From the NCBI GenBank assembly GCA_963675595.2, contig CAXXLZ010000002.1, forward strand, positions 320,001 to 384,000: a DNA stretch of 64,000 nucleotides. The letters are read 5' to 3'. The position numbers and the translations under genes were made by a program. This stretch comes from Thermodesulfobacteriota bacterium (GTDB taxonomy: Bacteria; Desulfobacterota; Desulfarculia; JACQYL01). Positions within the stretch are counted from its first letter, which is position 1, and every line of letters begins with the position of its first letter. Shown one piece after another: positions 19,414-30,378 of this stretch. The notes beneath the pieces are model-generated. The model was not told where the DNA came from. It saw only the letters and a program-made list of their open reading frames with translations, and did no database searches.

Positions 19414-22400
19414 GTTGAGAGACTGTTTCGTCCATGAGGAGCGGCCGGTTCCCTCTGCCTTCCCAGGCTATGGCTTTTGTTCTCCCATTGGAACGAAAGG
19501 CCGCTTTCACGCCTTCGTTGGCGGACAAACTCGCCACCGAAGCGCCCAGCACCACCAACAGATCCACAAGACCCAGGGGAGCCAAGCCCAGCATGGACCT
19601 CAGGCCCGGAACGAACATGGTCAACGCCTGGAGGGCCAGGGACCCGGATAGGGCCGTTTCCAGCCAACGGTTGCGCGGAAGCCTGCGGCCCCGGAACACC
19701 AAATGTTTCTTGGAGCGACAAGTCAGCGCGTGCAACAGTTGTGCGATGCTCAAAGTCTGAAACGCCAAGGTTCCCGCCCGGATCCCCGCGCCGTATCTCA
19801 GAAAGCCGAACCCGTAGCTCGCCAAAGCCGCCGAAGTGATGATCCCGGATTCGAGGGTCATTCTACCGTAGTCCGATCCGGAAATAAGAGGTGCGTTGGG
19901 ATCCCGAGGCGGGCGCTCCAATACGCCGGGCTCGGGAGCCTCCATGGACAGGGCCAATCCCGGAAAAATATCCGAAATCATGTTGATCCACAGGAGCTGC
20001 ATGGCGTTCAGCGGGGCTCCCATGCCGGCCGCCGTGGCAACGAACATGAGCATGATCTCGCTGAGATTGGTGGACAGGGCGAAGTGCACCGACTTTTTCA
20101 AGTTGTCGCGGATGGTTCGCCCGTCGCGCACGGCCACGATGACGGTTTCCAGTTCGTCCCTCCCGAGGATGACGTCCGCCACCTCTCGGGCCGTGTCCGT
20201 GCCTTCCTTTCCCATGGCGATCCCCACGTCGGCGGCTTTCAACGCGGGACCGTCGTTCACTCCGTCGCCCGTCATGGCCACGACTCGCCCACCGGCCTGC
20301 AGCGCTCGTACGATGCGCAATTTGTGGGCCGGGCTTACGCGGCAGAACACCACAACGTCACGCGCGATTTCCGGGATCCGATCGGAATCGATTTTGGCCA
20401 TTTCGGGAGCATCCATCACCTTGATCTCTCCGTTGGCCGCCAATCCCACCGCCTCCGCCACGGCGCGGGCCGTGTTCTTCTGATCCCCGGTGAGCATCAC
20501 CGTTTGAATCCCGGCCTGATGAAACCGGGCGATCAATTCCCGGACCCCCGGGCGCACGGGATCCGCCATGCCCACCATGCCCAGCCACGTCAAATCTCCG
20601 GTGGTCTCGAAATCCGCCCGGGTCTGACTCCTGGATTGTGCGAAGCCCAACACGCGAAGGGCCTCTCCGGTCATGCCATCGTTCTCTTTGAGAATTCCGA
20701 CCCGATCTTCCTCGGAAAGCGGCACTTCCTCTCCGTTGATGAGATGTTTCCCGCACATGGAGAGCACCTCCGCCGGATTCCCCTTGATCGCGAAGAGCCT
20801 CCGCCCGTTCTTCTTCGTGTGGAGCGTGGTCATGAAGTGCCTGTCCTCACTCCGTTCCGTGACCTCCGCAGTGGGATATTTGGCCCGCACTTCGAGGGGA
20901 TCGATGCCGGCGGCACCGGCCAGTTTAATGAGGGCGTTTTCCGTGGAGGAGCCCACCAATTCGTGATCCCCGTTTTGCACATCGGTGTGAATCCTGGTTT
21001 CCGAGCACAGGACTCCCACTCGAATGATCCGGCGCAGTTCCCGGTAGTCCAGCGGGTTCACCGGCTCATCTTCCAGGCGAAACTCATCCTCCCCCACGTG
21101 GAAGCGACGCATACCCGTGTGGAGAGCGGTCACGGTCATCTGATTGCGGGTGATCGTGCCCGTTTTGTCGAGACATACCGTCTGGATGGCGCCCATGGTT
21201 TCCACGGCGGGAAGGCGTCGAATGAGCACCCGGTGTTCTTTCATTCTGTTGATTCCCAGGGCCAGGGAGGTCGTGGCCGCCGTGGGAAGTCCTTCCGGCA
21301 CGGCCGCCGCCGCAAGCGTCACGGACATGCGGGTGAGGTACAGCAGCCCCAGTCCCCGCGCCCAACCCATGAGAAAGATGACGCCGCAAACCCCCACTCC
21401 GATGAGGATCAACTCGTTCCCCACCTTTTCCAACTGCCGTTCGATGGGCGCCTTGGGAGTGGCGGCTTCCCCGAGCATGGCCTGGATGCGGCCGATTTCC
21501 GTGTTGCTTCCGGTGCCCACCACCACGGCGCGGCCCCGGCCTCCGGTGACCATGGTCCCCATATACGCCATGTTCGTCCGTTCCGATAGAGGCAGGTCCC
21601 ATCCCCCCAAAACTTGATCACTCTTGAGCACGGGAAGGCTCTCTCCCGTGAGGGCGGACTCATCCACGGACAGATAGTCGGCATCCAGAAGACGGCAGTC
21701 GGCGGGCACGAAGTCGCCGGGTTTGAGGATCAACACGTCCCCCACCACCAAGTCTTCGGCGGACGTTTCGCTCTCGTCGCCGTTTCGAACCGCTTCCACC
21801 ACGGGGGTGCGGAGCTTCCGCAGAGAATGGATCGTGCGTTCGGCTTGATTCTCCGTGTAAAAACCGATGAGGGCGTTGAGCCCCATGACCCCCATAATGA
21901 CCGCCGCGTCCAACACTCCGGCGGTGATTAGAGAAAGTCCGGCGGCGGCGCCCAATAATGCCACGGGAAGGGTGGTGAACTGGGCCGTGAGCATGCCCAG
22001 CTTGGACCGGGGAGCGGGCTGTGGAAGGGAATTGGGACCGAAAGCGGCGAAGCGCCGTTTGGCCTCTTCGAGGGACAGTCCGTTTTGGAAGTCCGTCTCC
22101 AACACGGAACAAATTTCGGCGGCCGGCAGTTGATGCCACAAGTCTTCATCACCGGAGAGAACCGCTCCGTTGGAAACCGGCCGCTCCACGGGAACCGGGA
22201 GCAAAGAGGAATCCGATCCTTCCGAATGGGATGAACGTTCATCACCGCCCGGGTCGGCACTCGCGGACGGGCGGCCCGGTCGTGTGTCGACGTCGCCCAA
22301 CAACTCCCCGATGATCCCGGCGACGGATCGGCTGCTGTGACCGGAATTGAAGTGCACCAGGAGATTGCCGGTGGCCGTGCTTATGGAGAACTTCAGTATC

Positions 22401-22546
22401 TCCCTCCGGCGTGTGAGGCCGGCGGCAAGACGTTCCCTGAGCTCCTCCGACCGATACAGCCCATCAACGTGAAACCGGGCTCTACCATTCACCCGGATGT
22501 GCACGGGCCGCACTCGACACGGCCACTCCTCTCCTCCAGCCACCAT
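19403..22546 (-). CDS. P2-type cation-transporting ATPase with N-terminal HMA2-like domain
   Basis: TGES, VPEGLP, DKTGT, TGD, GDGVND; N-terminal H...GRARF and TGNLLVHF. Confidence 0.92.
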   Translation of the reverse strand: MVAGGEEWPCRVRPVHIRVNGRARFHVDGLYRSEELRERLAAGLTRRREILKFSISTATGNLLVHFNSGHSSRSVAGIIGELLGDVDTRPGRPSASADPGGDERSSHSEGSDSSLLPVPVERPVSNGAVLSGDEDLWHQLPAAEICSVLETDFQNGLSLEEAKRRFAAFGPNSLPQPAPRSKLGMLTAQFTTLPVALLGAAAGLSLITAGVLDAAVIMGVMGLNALIGFYTENQAERTIHSLRKLRTPVVEAVRNGDESETSAEDLVVGDVLILKPGDFVPADCRLLDADYLSVDESALTGESLPVLKSDQVLGGWDLPLSERTNMAYMGTMVTGGRGRAVVVGTGSNTEIGRIQAMLGEAATPKAPIERQLEKVGNELILIGVGVCGVIFLMGWARGLGLLYLTRMSVTLAAAAVPEGLPTAATTSLALGINRMKEHRVLIRRLPAVETMGAIQTVCLDKTGTITRNQMTVTALHTGMRRFHVGEDEFRLEDEPVNPLDYRELRRIIRVGVLCSETRIHTDVQNGDHELVGSSTENALIKLAGAAGIDPLEVRAKYPTAEVTERSEDRHFMTTLHTKKNGRRLFAIKGNPAEVLSMCGKHLINGEEVPLSEEDRVGILKENDGMTGEALRVLGFAQSRSQTRADFETTGDLTWLGMVGMADPVRPGVRELIARFHQAGIQTVMLTGDQKNTARAVAEAVGLAANGEIKVMDAPEMAKIDSDRIPEIARDVVVFCRVSPAHKLRIVRALQAGGRVVAMTGDGVNDGPALKAADVGIAMGKEGTDTAREVADVILGRDELETVIVAVRDGRTIRDNLKKSVHFALSTNLSEIMLMFVATAAGMGAPLNAMQLLWINMISDIFPGLALSMEAPEPGVLERPPRDPNAPLISGSDYGRMTLESGIITSAALASYGFGFLRYGAGIRAGTLAFQTLSIAQLLHALTCRSKKHLVFRGRRLPRNRWLETALSGSLALQALTMFVPGLRSMLGLAPLGLVDLLVVLGASVASLSANEGVKAAFRSNGRTKAIAWEGRGNRPLLMDETVSQQAS

Positions 22547-22594
22547 GGCACCCCCGACGTGATCCGCTTTCCGCGATTTCGCGCCCCTTTACCG

Positions 22595-22742
22595 GCCCGT
22601 TGAAAAAGGCGGATCATTGCAGATTGGTGAAGAACGATGAAATGCAGGGCGCGCAAATCCCGAGGAACGGGGCGTACGAAAAGGCACGTCGCAGTGACGC
22701 GGAATGAAACGCAACGCCGCAGATCGCGTTTTTGGAAAGTCT
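22595..22742 (-). repeat. Family B repeat inside the ATPase operon
   Basis: gcccgttgaaaaagg...gtcgcagtgac...cgccgcagatcgcgtttt. Confidence 0.8.
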
Positions 22743-22893
22743 GTTACGGCATGAAACCTGAGCGCAGCCCCTCGAACAACAAACCGGTCCCGGACGCCCG
22801 ATTTGCAGTAATCGCGGGTATCCACCGGACCGGTCCGTGTCTCAACATACTTTGCGCATAAGCCAAGAACCGGAAAAACGAACCTCGCATGAG

Positions 22894-23397
22894 TTACGGG
22901 TCGATTTCCTGCTTCTTCGCGTCCGCCTTGTCCACCATCAATTTGGTGAAGACTCCCAAGGCGTACCAGAACGCGGTATACCACGGAGGCAAAGCAAGGT
23001 TGCCCCTCAATACCTGAAACGTGCCCACGCCCAAGAGAGCCACGAAAACGGCGGTAGTCAGATCGAGTTCTTCTCCGGTAAAATCCTTGAGCTTTCGACT
23101 TGTCTGTTCCAGCGGCTCGAGCACCCTTCTGGCGATGGGCTCCTCCGCTCCCTTCCCTTCCAGCAGGCGAAACAAACCGCGTGTCTCGGCCACTTCGGCG
23201 ATTAGTTGTCTCTGAATACCGGGATCCACGAAAAGGATGCTGGCCGCGGGAGCACTTACCTCGACCCGCTCGAAACCGGAAAATCGGATGAACTCATCCT
23301 GCAAAACGGCGAAATACCCTCCATCTCCCCGTTTTGCAGGAATCTTGATTCTCAGTCTCGAAGACGTGGCGTGAGCCACGTAGGCTTCAGGCGTCAT
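22894..23397 (-). CDS. HMA2 domain membrane protein (FezC-like)
   Basis: VAHATSSRLRIKIP; C-terminal TM region with PPWYTAFWYA. Confidence 0.75.
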   Translation of the reverse strand: MTPEAYVAHATSSRLRIKIPAKRGDGGYFAVLQDEFIRFSGFERVEVSAPAASILFVDPGIQRQLIAEVAETRGLFRLLEGKGAEEPIARRVLEPLEQTSRKLKDFTGEELDLTTAVFVALLGVGTFQVLRGNLALPPWYTAFWYALGVFTKLMVDKADAKKQEIDP

Positions 23398-23674
23398 CTG
23401 CTCCGGTTCCTTCCATCGGGCCTGCCGTCACCACGGGGCTGTGCTTCCTGGAGAGCTCTTCTCTGGCTTCGGCTGCCAAGTCTTCCACGGTCTCCCGAGC
23501 TTCGGCGCACATGACCTTGCTCTTTTCCACCATGACCATGCCGCCCTTCAGAATGCCTTTGGCCAGAGGCCGAATGGCTCCGGTGATCGCCGGGATGACG
23601 ATGGGGGCCAGCAAACCGGCGCCGATGCCGATGGCGATCCCCGTTCCGAGATTCATACCTTTAAATAATTTCAT
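23387..23674 (-). CDS. DUF5132-like small GxxxG membrane protein (Fez-like)
   Basis: GTGIAIGIGAGLLAP...RPLAKG..KGG...AEARE.VEDL.AEAR; AAGGAGG RBS. Confidence 0.75.
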   Translation of the reverse strand: MKLFKGMNLGTGIAIGIGAGLLAPIVIPAITGAIRPLAKGILKGGMVMVEKSKVMCAEARETVEDLAAEAREELSRKHSPVVTAGPMEGTGADDA

Positions 23675-23874
23675 ACTAAACCTCCTTACCCGGGCCACAA
23701 AAAGAAAGAATCAGACTCATGGGAGAAGCTCGATTCACGGACTCCCCCTTGGACTGAAGTCGCCTTTCCCCTTTTTTTCCGTCCCTGGTACGCCCAAAAG
23801 ATGCGTTTAACTGATGATCCGGTTACACATTCGCCCGACACACTTCCGTAACAATCGAGCGGTACTTTCATTAT

Positions 23875-23904
23875 AAGATAGACCACCCTATCGGCTGCTG
23901 TCAA
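23875..23904 (-). promoter_or_regulatory. Possible sigma70 promoter for the DUF5132-HMA2-ATPase operon
   Basis: TTGACA-18 bp-TATCTT on the minus strand. Confidence 0.4.
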
Positions 23905-24213
23905 CAGGTAAGCCTTCGTGATAGAAACCTATTAATGTTACGGAAATGTGGCAAACACATACGGTAATTCGGCCGTGGATGCAAAGTATTAGTGTTACGT
24001 ACGCGTGACAGTATGCGCATACTCACATGATCCATTGCTTATGAATTGATTTTGTGCCCTGCCTACCCGATTAATCCGGATTAACCTTATGCTTGCCGCC
24101 TGTTTCAATGCCGATTATCGTCGACAAAACCTTGCCGGCGAGCGACAAAACACGATACACTGTTCCGGACGGTGATGACAGCCCACTGATGAAACCACCC
24201 TCGGGAGACCGAA

Positions 24214-26490
24214 ATGAATAGAAAAACACAACCCATCCTATCGGTGCGCCATAATATCCCGGGAAGGCTGCGTGTGAAGTCCCGCCTGTTCCGGCAAGGC
24301 GATCCCATAGGCGACATCGTCCGGAAACGCATTCTCGAAACGCCTTCCGTCAGGAACGCCGAGTTGCGTGCCGACTCCGGGAGTTTCATCCTGATCTACG
24401 ACGCCGAGGCCTTGGATTCCAGGAGTATCCTCCGGCGCTTGAACATGCTTCTTTCCGACGCATTGTCCGAATGCGGAGTAAAACAGGCTCCCACGCATCC
24501 GTCCCGGCCGCCGGTCCATGGGGAACCCGTCCGAACTCCGGCCGCTTTTCGGTTGGCCGGCCTTGCGTTGCTCACCGGATTCATGCTTTACGGCCTCGTC
24601 CGGAGAATGATCTTCCGCTCCCCGGTTTCCGAAAAGCCGTTCAGCCTCACGGGCATACTGGCCGTTCTGGGAACCCTTCCACTCATCCGCAACTCCTGGA
24701 TCGACCGGCGAAACGGCAGGCGCACCGGGCTCTTCCCCCTCCTCACGGCGTCCTGTCTCCTGGCCGTCGCCACGGGTCGGGCGTTCACCGCCGTGGAAAT
24801 CCTATGGATCCTGTCTTTGGGCCTGTACATCGAGGAAACGGTTACGGAAAAGGCCCGAAGGGCCGTGCGGGACATCCTCGAAGTCCAACCTTGTAGCGCC
24901 GTGGTTCTGGTTGAGGGCAATGAAGAAGAAGCGGCGGTGGCAACCCTCCGCCTTGACGACATTGTAGTGATACGCCCCGGAAACAAGATTCCAGTGGACG
25001 GCTCCGTGACCGAGGGCGAGGCTCTGGTGGACGAAGCACACGTAACGGGACGCTCCAAACCGGAACTCCGAAGCACCGGGGCCCACGTGTTTGCAGGGAC
25101 TTCCGTCGTCCAGGGAGTCATTCGTGTCCGGGCGGAGAAGTTGGCCGAAGACACCTACCTGTGCAAAGTGCTGCGCATGGCCGAGGAGAATCTGGAAAAC
25201 CGCACCTCCGTGGAAAAACAGGCGGACGTATTGGCTGCGAAACTGACCCGTATCGGTCTGACGGCCACGGTGGCGACCCTGGTTTTCACCGGCAGCATCG
25301 AGCGCGCGTTCGCGGTTCTTCTGGTCATGTCCTGCCCGTGCGCCACCGTCTTGGCCGTGTCCACCGCCGTTGCCGCGGCCGTGGCCAACGCGGCGTCGAG
25401 GCACATCCTGATCAAAGGGGGCGTTCACCTGGAAGCCGTCCATTATGTGGACACCGTCTGTTTCGACAAGACGGGGACCTTGACGGACGAATCTCCCCGC
25501 ATGGTTGAGCTGGTCCCCAGAACCCCCTGGCAGACAACGGATCAGATTCTCGCCATGGCCGCCGTGCCCGAGTCCCGGAGTCATCATCCTTTCGGACGCG
25601 CCATATTGAAGGCGGCTGAAGAACACGGGATCATCACGCGAAAACCGGAAACCTGGGAGGACCATTTGGGCCGGGGAGTCGCGGCTCTCGTCGAGGAAGA
25701 GCGTATTGCGGTGGGCAACGAAGCCCTCATGGAAGAAGAAAATGTGAACATTGCCTACTTCAGCAAGCGGGCGGCGGAGTTTGCGCAAGACGGGCATACG
25801 GTGCTGTTCGTCGCCAGGAACGGAAAAGCCCAAGGCATGTTGGCCTTGTCCAACGTGCCTCGCCCCGGTTGCGTAAGAACGATCCAATGGCTTCGAAAGG
25901 ACGGGATTTCCCGGCTGTACGTGCTCAGCGGCGACAAGGAACCCATTGTCCGGCAGTTCGCTCAAGGCTTGGGCCTGGACGGCTACTCCGCCCCCATGAT
26001 GCCTGAAAAGAAGGCCGAGTATGTGGAAGAGCTCGAGTCTCAAGGAAGAAAAGTGCTCATGGTGGGAGACGGAGTGAACGACGCCCTCGCCCTGTCCAAA
26101 GCTTCGCTGGGAGTGGCCATGGGGGCTGGAGGCTCCGAAGTGGCCGTGGAGGCCGCGGACATCGCCCTGGCGAAAAACGATCTCGAAGGTCTGATCATCC
26201 TCCGCAAACTGAGCCGGCGCACACTTCGGGTGGCCGACCAGAACTTCATGCTGGCCAACGCCACCAATATGGCGGGAATCCTGTTGGGAGCCACGGGCCT
26301 GATCGGTCCCTTCTTCGCGGGCATGCTCCACGTGAGTCACACCCTCGCCATCATGCTCAATTCGAGGCGTATTCTGAACTGGGACCCCGACGGCCGGGAT
26401 ACCGAGGCTTCCGGAACCGTGTCGAATCGAAAAGAAGGCTTGATTTCAGAGGTCATCGGGGCGGTTTCTCAAGTATCCATCGTGGAGTAG
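24214..26490 (+). CDS. P1B-type heavy-metal ATPase with N-terminal Arg-rich HMA2-like domain
   Basis: RHNIPGRLRV; SCPC in TM4, DKTGT, HP, GDGVND; last TM LHVSHT. Confidence 0.9.
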   Translation: MNRKTQPILSVRHNIPGRLRVKSRLFRQGDPIGDIVRKRILETPSVRNAELRADSGSFILIYDAEALDSRSILRRLNMLLSDALSECGVKQAPTHPSRPPVHGEPVRTPAAFRLAGLALLTGFMLYGLVRRMIFRSPVSEKPFSLTGILAVLGTLPLIRNSWIDRRNGRRTGLFPLLTASCLLAVATGRAFTAVEILWILSLGLYIEETVTEKARRAVRDILEVQPCSAVVLVEGNEEEAAVATLRLDDIVVIRPGNKIPVDGSVTEGEALVDEAHVTGRSKPELRSTGAHVFAGTSVVQGVIRVRAEKLAEDTYLCKVLRMAEENLENRTSVEKQADVLAAKLTRIGLTATVATLVFTGSIERAFAVLLVMSCPCATVLAVSTAVAAAVANAASRHILIKGGVHLEAVHYVDTVCFDKTGTLTDESPRMVELVPRTPWQTTDQILAMAAVPESRSHHPFGRAILKAAEEHGIITRKPETWEDHLGRGVAALVEEERIAVGNEALMEEENVNIAYFSKRAAEFAQDGHTVLFVARNGKAQGMLALSNVPRPGCVRTIQWLRKDGISRLYVLSGDKEPIVRQFAQGLGLDGYSAPMMPEKKAEYVEELESQGRKVLMVGDGVNDALALSKASLGVAMGAGGSEVAVEAADIALAKNDLEGLIILRKLSRRTLRVADQNFMLANATNMAGILLGATGLIGPFFAGMLHVSHTLAIMLNSRRILNWDPDGRDTEASGTVSNRKEGLISEVIGAVSQVSIVE

Positions 26491-26742
26491 CGCCGACACG
26501 AGAGATCAGGCTCTTGGACTGGAAGCGTTTCTACAACCATTCCTATCCTCACCAGCGGGACTTATCCGTCACTCCGTCGGGCGGCCGAAGATCGCCGCCC
26601 GACGGCCCCCATCGGCCGAAACCATGCCCGCGCAGAGCCTTGAGCTCTTATCCCCCCCTCCACGAACCCCAATGAACTCATAAGCCGACCGGCAACGATC
26701 GGCATGGGTCGGTTTCCCCCCGTCTTGGAAATTCACTCCATT

Positions 26743-26775
26743 CCTAACAATTCCTTCACAATCACGTAACATACA
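26743..26775 (+). promoter_or_regulatory. Three 11-bp-spaced T(A/C)ACA direct repeats, Pho-box-like
   Basis: cctaacaattc-cttcacaatca-cgtaacataca upstream of the pst genes. Confidence 0.55.
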
Positions 26776-26866
26776 TAACTGATAGTGTGAGGGAGTCGGG
26801 TCTTGAGGACCTTTTTCCCCGACTCTCCCGGTAACGGGAGACTTTGTTTCTTGGGAGCCGGTGTAC

Positions 26867-26992
26867 ATGAGGTTTGGAAAAGCAAGAACGAAGATCGCCT
26901 GTTCCATCCTGCGTTGCCTAACCGCCGGCCTCTTCAGCGCCGCGGCCTTCGCGATGGAAACTCCGGGAATCAAGCGGCAGGACTCTCCCTGA
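26867..26992 (+). pseudogene. Short signal-peptide-like ORF, possible pstS 5' remnant
   Basis: MRFGKARTKIACSILRCLTAGLFSAAAFA-ME; GGAG RBS; occupies the first position of the pst operon. Confidence 0.3.
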
Positions 26993-27102
26993 TTCAGTCG
27001 GGCCGGTATCCGACGGCTCATCCTTTCGTCGGGCGGGACCGTGGAAGCCTGTCGGTTTCGTCCGATTTCCGTTTTCAATCACGCATGAGGGAACCCGCCT
27101 CC

Positions 27103-28650
27103 ATGGAAGACAAACCCGGCACGCAACCTGTTTCGGAGGGAAATTCCTCCCCGTCGCCCCCTGTCAAGCGGATGAAGAAGGCGAGTCGCGCCGTGCTCTT
27201 TTCGGACGCCGTGGCCGACCGCACCATTCGCATCGGCGGAATGGCGTTGATCCTGGCCGTCCTGGGAATCCTGGTGTTTCTGATCCATCAGACCCCACCC
27301 TTGTTTCGGGGCGGCAAAATAATCGCGGAAAAGGAATATCGACTGGAACTGCCCGCCTGCCCTGTTTTGCTGAAAAGTATGGATGAGTACCTTACGTTGG
27401 GTTTTCTGCTCTTCGAAGACGGAAGCGTGCGACTGTTTCACCTCAAGACCGGAACTCTCCTCGATAGTCCGAATACCGGATTGGGTTCGTCCGCCGTCAC
27501 CGCTTTTTCACACACTCCGGACAAGGAAGATCTGATTTTCGGCTTTGCCGACGGAACCGTGCAATTCGGCAAGGCGGTATTTAAGACCGACATCCTCACG
27601 CCCGAAGGCGTGCCGTCCGGGTTGAAGAAACTGGACGACCGGGACGGCACGGACGGCTCCTCCGTCTATTCGCGCATCTCCGGCAACCGGATTCGCAGAA
27701 CGTACCTGAGTTTCGAAATGGAGGACTCAACCCAAGTGTCGGAATCGAGCAGGCCCATTCTTGCCTTGGACTACCGGGTGAGCGGACAGGCCGAGCGTCG
27801 AACTCGAGTCTTTGCGACGGTGGACGACGAGGGTACGGCCATCCTCAACTTGGCGGAATCCCATATCAACCTTCCGAGCGGAGCAAACAGGACCACGGTA
27901 ACAAGAACCGAACTTCCCCTGATCCCCAATCCGGGCTTCCTCGCCCGCATCATCCTGACGGAAAACGCCGACGCGGTCTTCGCCGCCGACGTGCGGGGCA
28001 GGGTCTATCGATACAACACCGGCGACGTCGATCATCCTTTCCTTGCGGAAACCTTACAGGTTTTGCCGGACGGAGTGGAACTTTCCGCTTTCGGGCTCTT
28101 GTTGGGAGGGCAATCCATCGTGGTGGGAGGTTCCGACGGCAGTGTGAACCTCTTTTTGCTGCTGGACGGGCAAAAGGCGAGAACGTTGGACGGGATGACC
28201 TTTGTCAAGGCCCGTGAATTTCCTTCCATGCAGGGGGCGGTCCGGTGGTTTGACCCCGGTCTTCGAGGCAAGAGCTTCGCCGTTGCCGACACCACGGGTG
28301 CGATCCGGGTCCTCCACGGCGCCGGCCGCAGGAACTTGGTATCCTTCACCGGCAATCGGGACGGGACTCCCTTGAAAGGGCCGGCGCTCGCGCCCCGAGT
28401 GGACGCACTTCTAGCGTTGGATTCCGATGGAACGACCCGTTTCCGGGAATTTTCCGTTCCACCCCCTGAGCCCACTTTCGAATCCTTGTTGGGCAGAGTC
28501 CGGTACGAAGGACATTCGTAACCCACATGCACTAGGCGGTCATCGGCGGCCACGGAGGATTACGAGTCCAAGTCTTCTCTGATTCCACTGATTTTCGGAA
28601 CCGTCAAGGCAACAGTGTATGCTTTGTTGTTCGCCATTCCCATCGCGAGC
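27103..28650 (+). pseudogene. pstC: Long-form (beta-propeller-containing) phosphate ABC permease PstC, truncated
   Basis: DRTIRIGG TM, large soluble domain, ...VRYEGHS* then in-frame SSAATEDYESKSSLIPLIFGTVKATVYALLFAIPIA before similarity stops. Confidence 0.75.
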
Positions 28651-28738
28651 CCGGGACGCGGAGCGCCCCCGGGCAAAGCGCGATCTACATCGATAGAAGC
28701 GAAAGTTCCATGTAGGCCGTTTCCAAGGAGACAGTTCC

Positions 28739-29563
28739 ATGTGGGAGAAAGTCGAGGGCCCCTCCGGCTCCAATGACACCGTATACCATTTGTATAGAGG
28801 AGGTCGGGGGAATCTGATCTCGATCAAGGACTTCCGCCTCTGGTATAGCCCGCAGGCTCAAGCCTTGTTCGACATCAACATGAAAATTGAAGCCGGTTTG
28901 GTCACCGCACTTATCGGGCCTTCGGGATGCGGCAAGTCCACCCTGCTCCGTTCTCTCAATCGAATGAACGACCTGATCGAGGGTCTTCGCGTCACCGGTG
29001 AAATCATTTTCGACGGAGTGAACATCTACAATCCGAACGTCGACGTCATCGGACTCAGAAAACGCATGGGCATGGTCTTTCAGAAGCCCAACCCCTTTCC
29101 CATGTCCATTACGGAAAACGTGACCTACCCCCTGAAAGTGGACGGGATTCGCGATCGGCGTATTCTGGAGGAAACCACGGAGCGAGCTTTACGGGGCGCG
29201 GCCCTATGGGGGGAGGTGAAAGACAGGCTGAAACGGAGCGCCCTGGGACTTTCAGGTGGACAGCAGCAAAGACTCTGCATCGCCCGCGCCATTGCCGCGG
29301 ACCCCGACGTACTCCTCATGGATGAACCGTGTTCGGCTTTGGATCCCCTGGCCACTTCGAAAATCGAGGACTTGATCGACGCCCTCCGGGGGCGATACAC
29401 CATTATTATCGTGACTCACAACATGCAACAAGCCGCCCGCGTCTCACAGAACACCGCATTGATGTATTTGGGCAAGCTGATCGAGTACGGGGAAACGGGC
29501 ACCATATTCTCGAATCCCAAAGTCCAAAAGACTCAGGATTACATTACCGGACGATTTGGTTGA
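28739..29563 (+). CDS. pstB: Phosphate ABC transporter ATP-binding protein
   Basis: [57 protein letters not shown]. Confidence 0.95.
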   Translation: MWEKVEGPSGSNDTVYHLYRGGRGNLISIKDFRLWYSPQAQALFDINMKIEAGLVTALIGPSGCGKSTLLRSLNRMNDLIEGLRVTGEIIFDGVNIYNPNVDVIGLRKRMGMVFQKPNPFPMSITENVTYPLKVDGIRDRRILEETTERALRGAALWGEVKDRLKRSALGLSGGQQQRLCIARAIAADPDVLLMDEPCSALDPLATSKIEDLIDALRGRYTIIIVTHNMQQAARVSQNTALMYLGKLIEYGETGTIFSNPKVQKTQDYITGRFG

Positions 29564-29646
29564 TACTTTTCACCCCGTTGAAAAACGCGATGCAATCATC
29601 CGATTTTTTCAGCGGTCCGTTATACCGTTCATGAGAGGGCCTTTGA

Positions 29647-30348
29647 ATGCTAGGAGAACATACCGTAAGATCCTATGATGAGGAGTTGAGGCGACTGAAG
29701 CGCAAAGTCATCGAAATGGGGGAGGCCGGCAAAAGGCAGCTGAAGGACGCGGCGAAAGCCTTATTGGAACGCAACACACGTCTGGCGGAAGAGATTATCC
29801 GGCGAGACTCGGAAGTGGATACGCAGGAAGAGGAAATCCAGGCGCTGGTCGTCCGCCTGCTCGCGCTTCGGCAACCCATGGCCATTGACTTGCGGAGCAT
29901 CATCGCGGCGCTCAAAATCTCCACGGACCTGGAACGAGTCGCGGATTATTCGGCCAATGTCTCCAGGCACGTGGCCGCCGTCAACTCCGTGCCCATGGAG
30001 CCGACCATGGAAGCCGCCGCGGAAATGGCCCGCATCGCTCTGGGAATGCTGAAAGAAGCCATGGACGCGTTCCAGAACTCGGACTCCGCTCTTGCGAGCC
30101 GGGTCTGGCGCATGGACGACGGCATCGACGAAATTTACGCACGTCAGCTGCTTCAGGTGGCTGAGGAAATGCGGCGGAACCCTCAACACCTCTCCGCCTA
30201 CACCGCCATGCTCTTCGTTTTCCGATGCCTGGAACGAATCGGTGACCACATCACCAACGTGGCGGAACACATCTATTTTCTCGTTCGCGGCGAGTCTTTT
30301 CCCAAGAAAGAAGTGCTCGCGGGTGGAGGAGGCGATCAGTTCCGATAG
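29647..30348 (+). CDS. phoU: Phosphate signalling protein PhoU
   Basis: RQPMAIDLR, DLERVAD, LERIGDHITNVAE. Confidence 0.95.
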   Translation: MLGEHTVRSYDEELRRLKRKVIEMGEAGKRQLKDAAKALLERNTRLAEEIIRRDSEVDTQEEEIQALVVRLLALRQPMAIDLRSIIAALKISTDLERVADYSANVSRHVAAVNSVPMEPTMEAAAEMARIALGMLKEAMDAFQNSDSALASRVWRMDDGIDEIYARQLLQVAEEMRRNPQHLSAYTAMLFVFRCLERIGDHITNVAEHIYFLVRGESFPKKEVLAGGGGDQFR

Positions 30349-30378
30349 CCGCCGTCGGCTTCCGACCCATTGGAACTT

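Noticed and set aside
19703-21589. 628-aa plus-strand ORF (also 24802-26340, 36755-38212, 42149-43219, 48810-50918, 54311-55555)
   Set aside because: Shadow ORFs antisense to well-supported genes in high-GC DNA, with no motifs
23900-24200. Fur box upstream of the fez-like genes
   Set aside because: AT-rich, but no convincing GATAATGATAATCATTATC-like match by eye
26803-28521. 572-aa ORF as an intact gene
   Set aside because: The N-terminal ~100 aa are not PstC-like and homology continues past the stop, so it is treated as a pstC pseudogene
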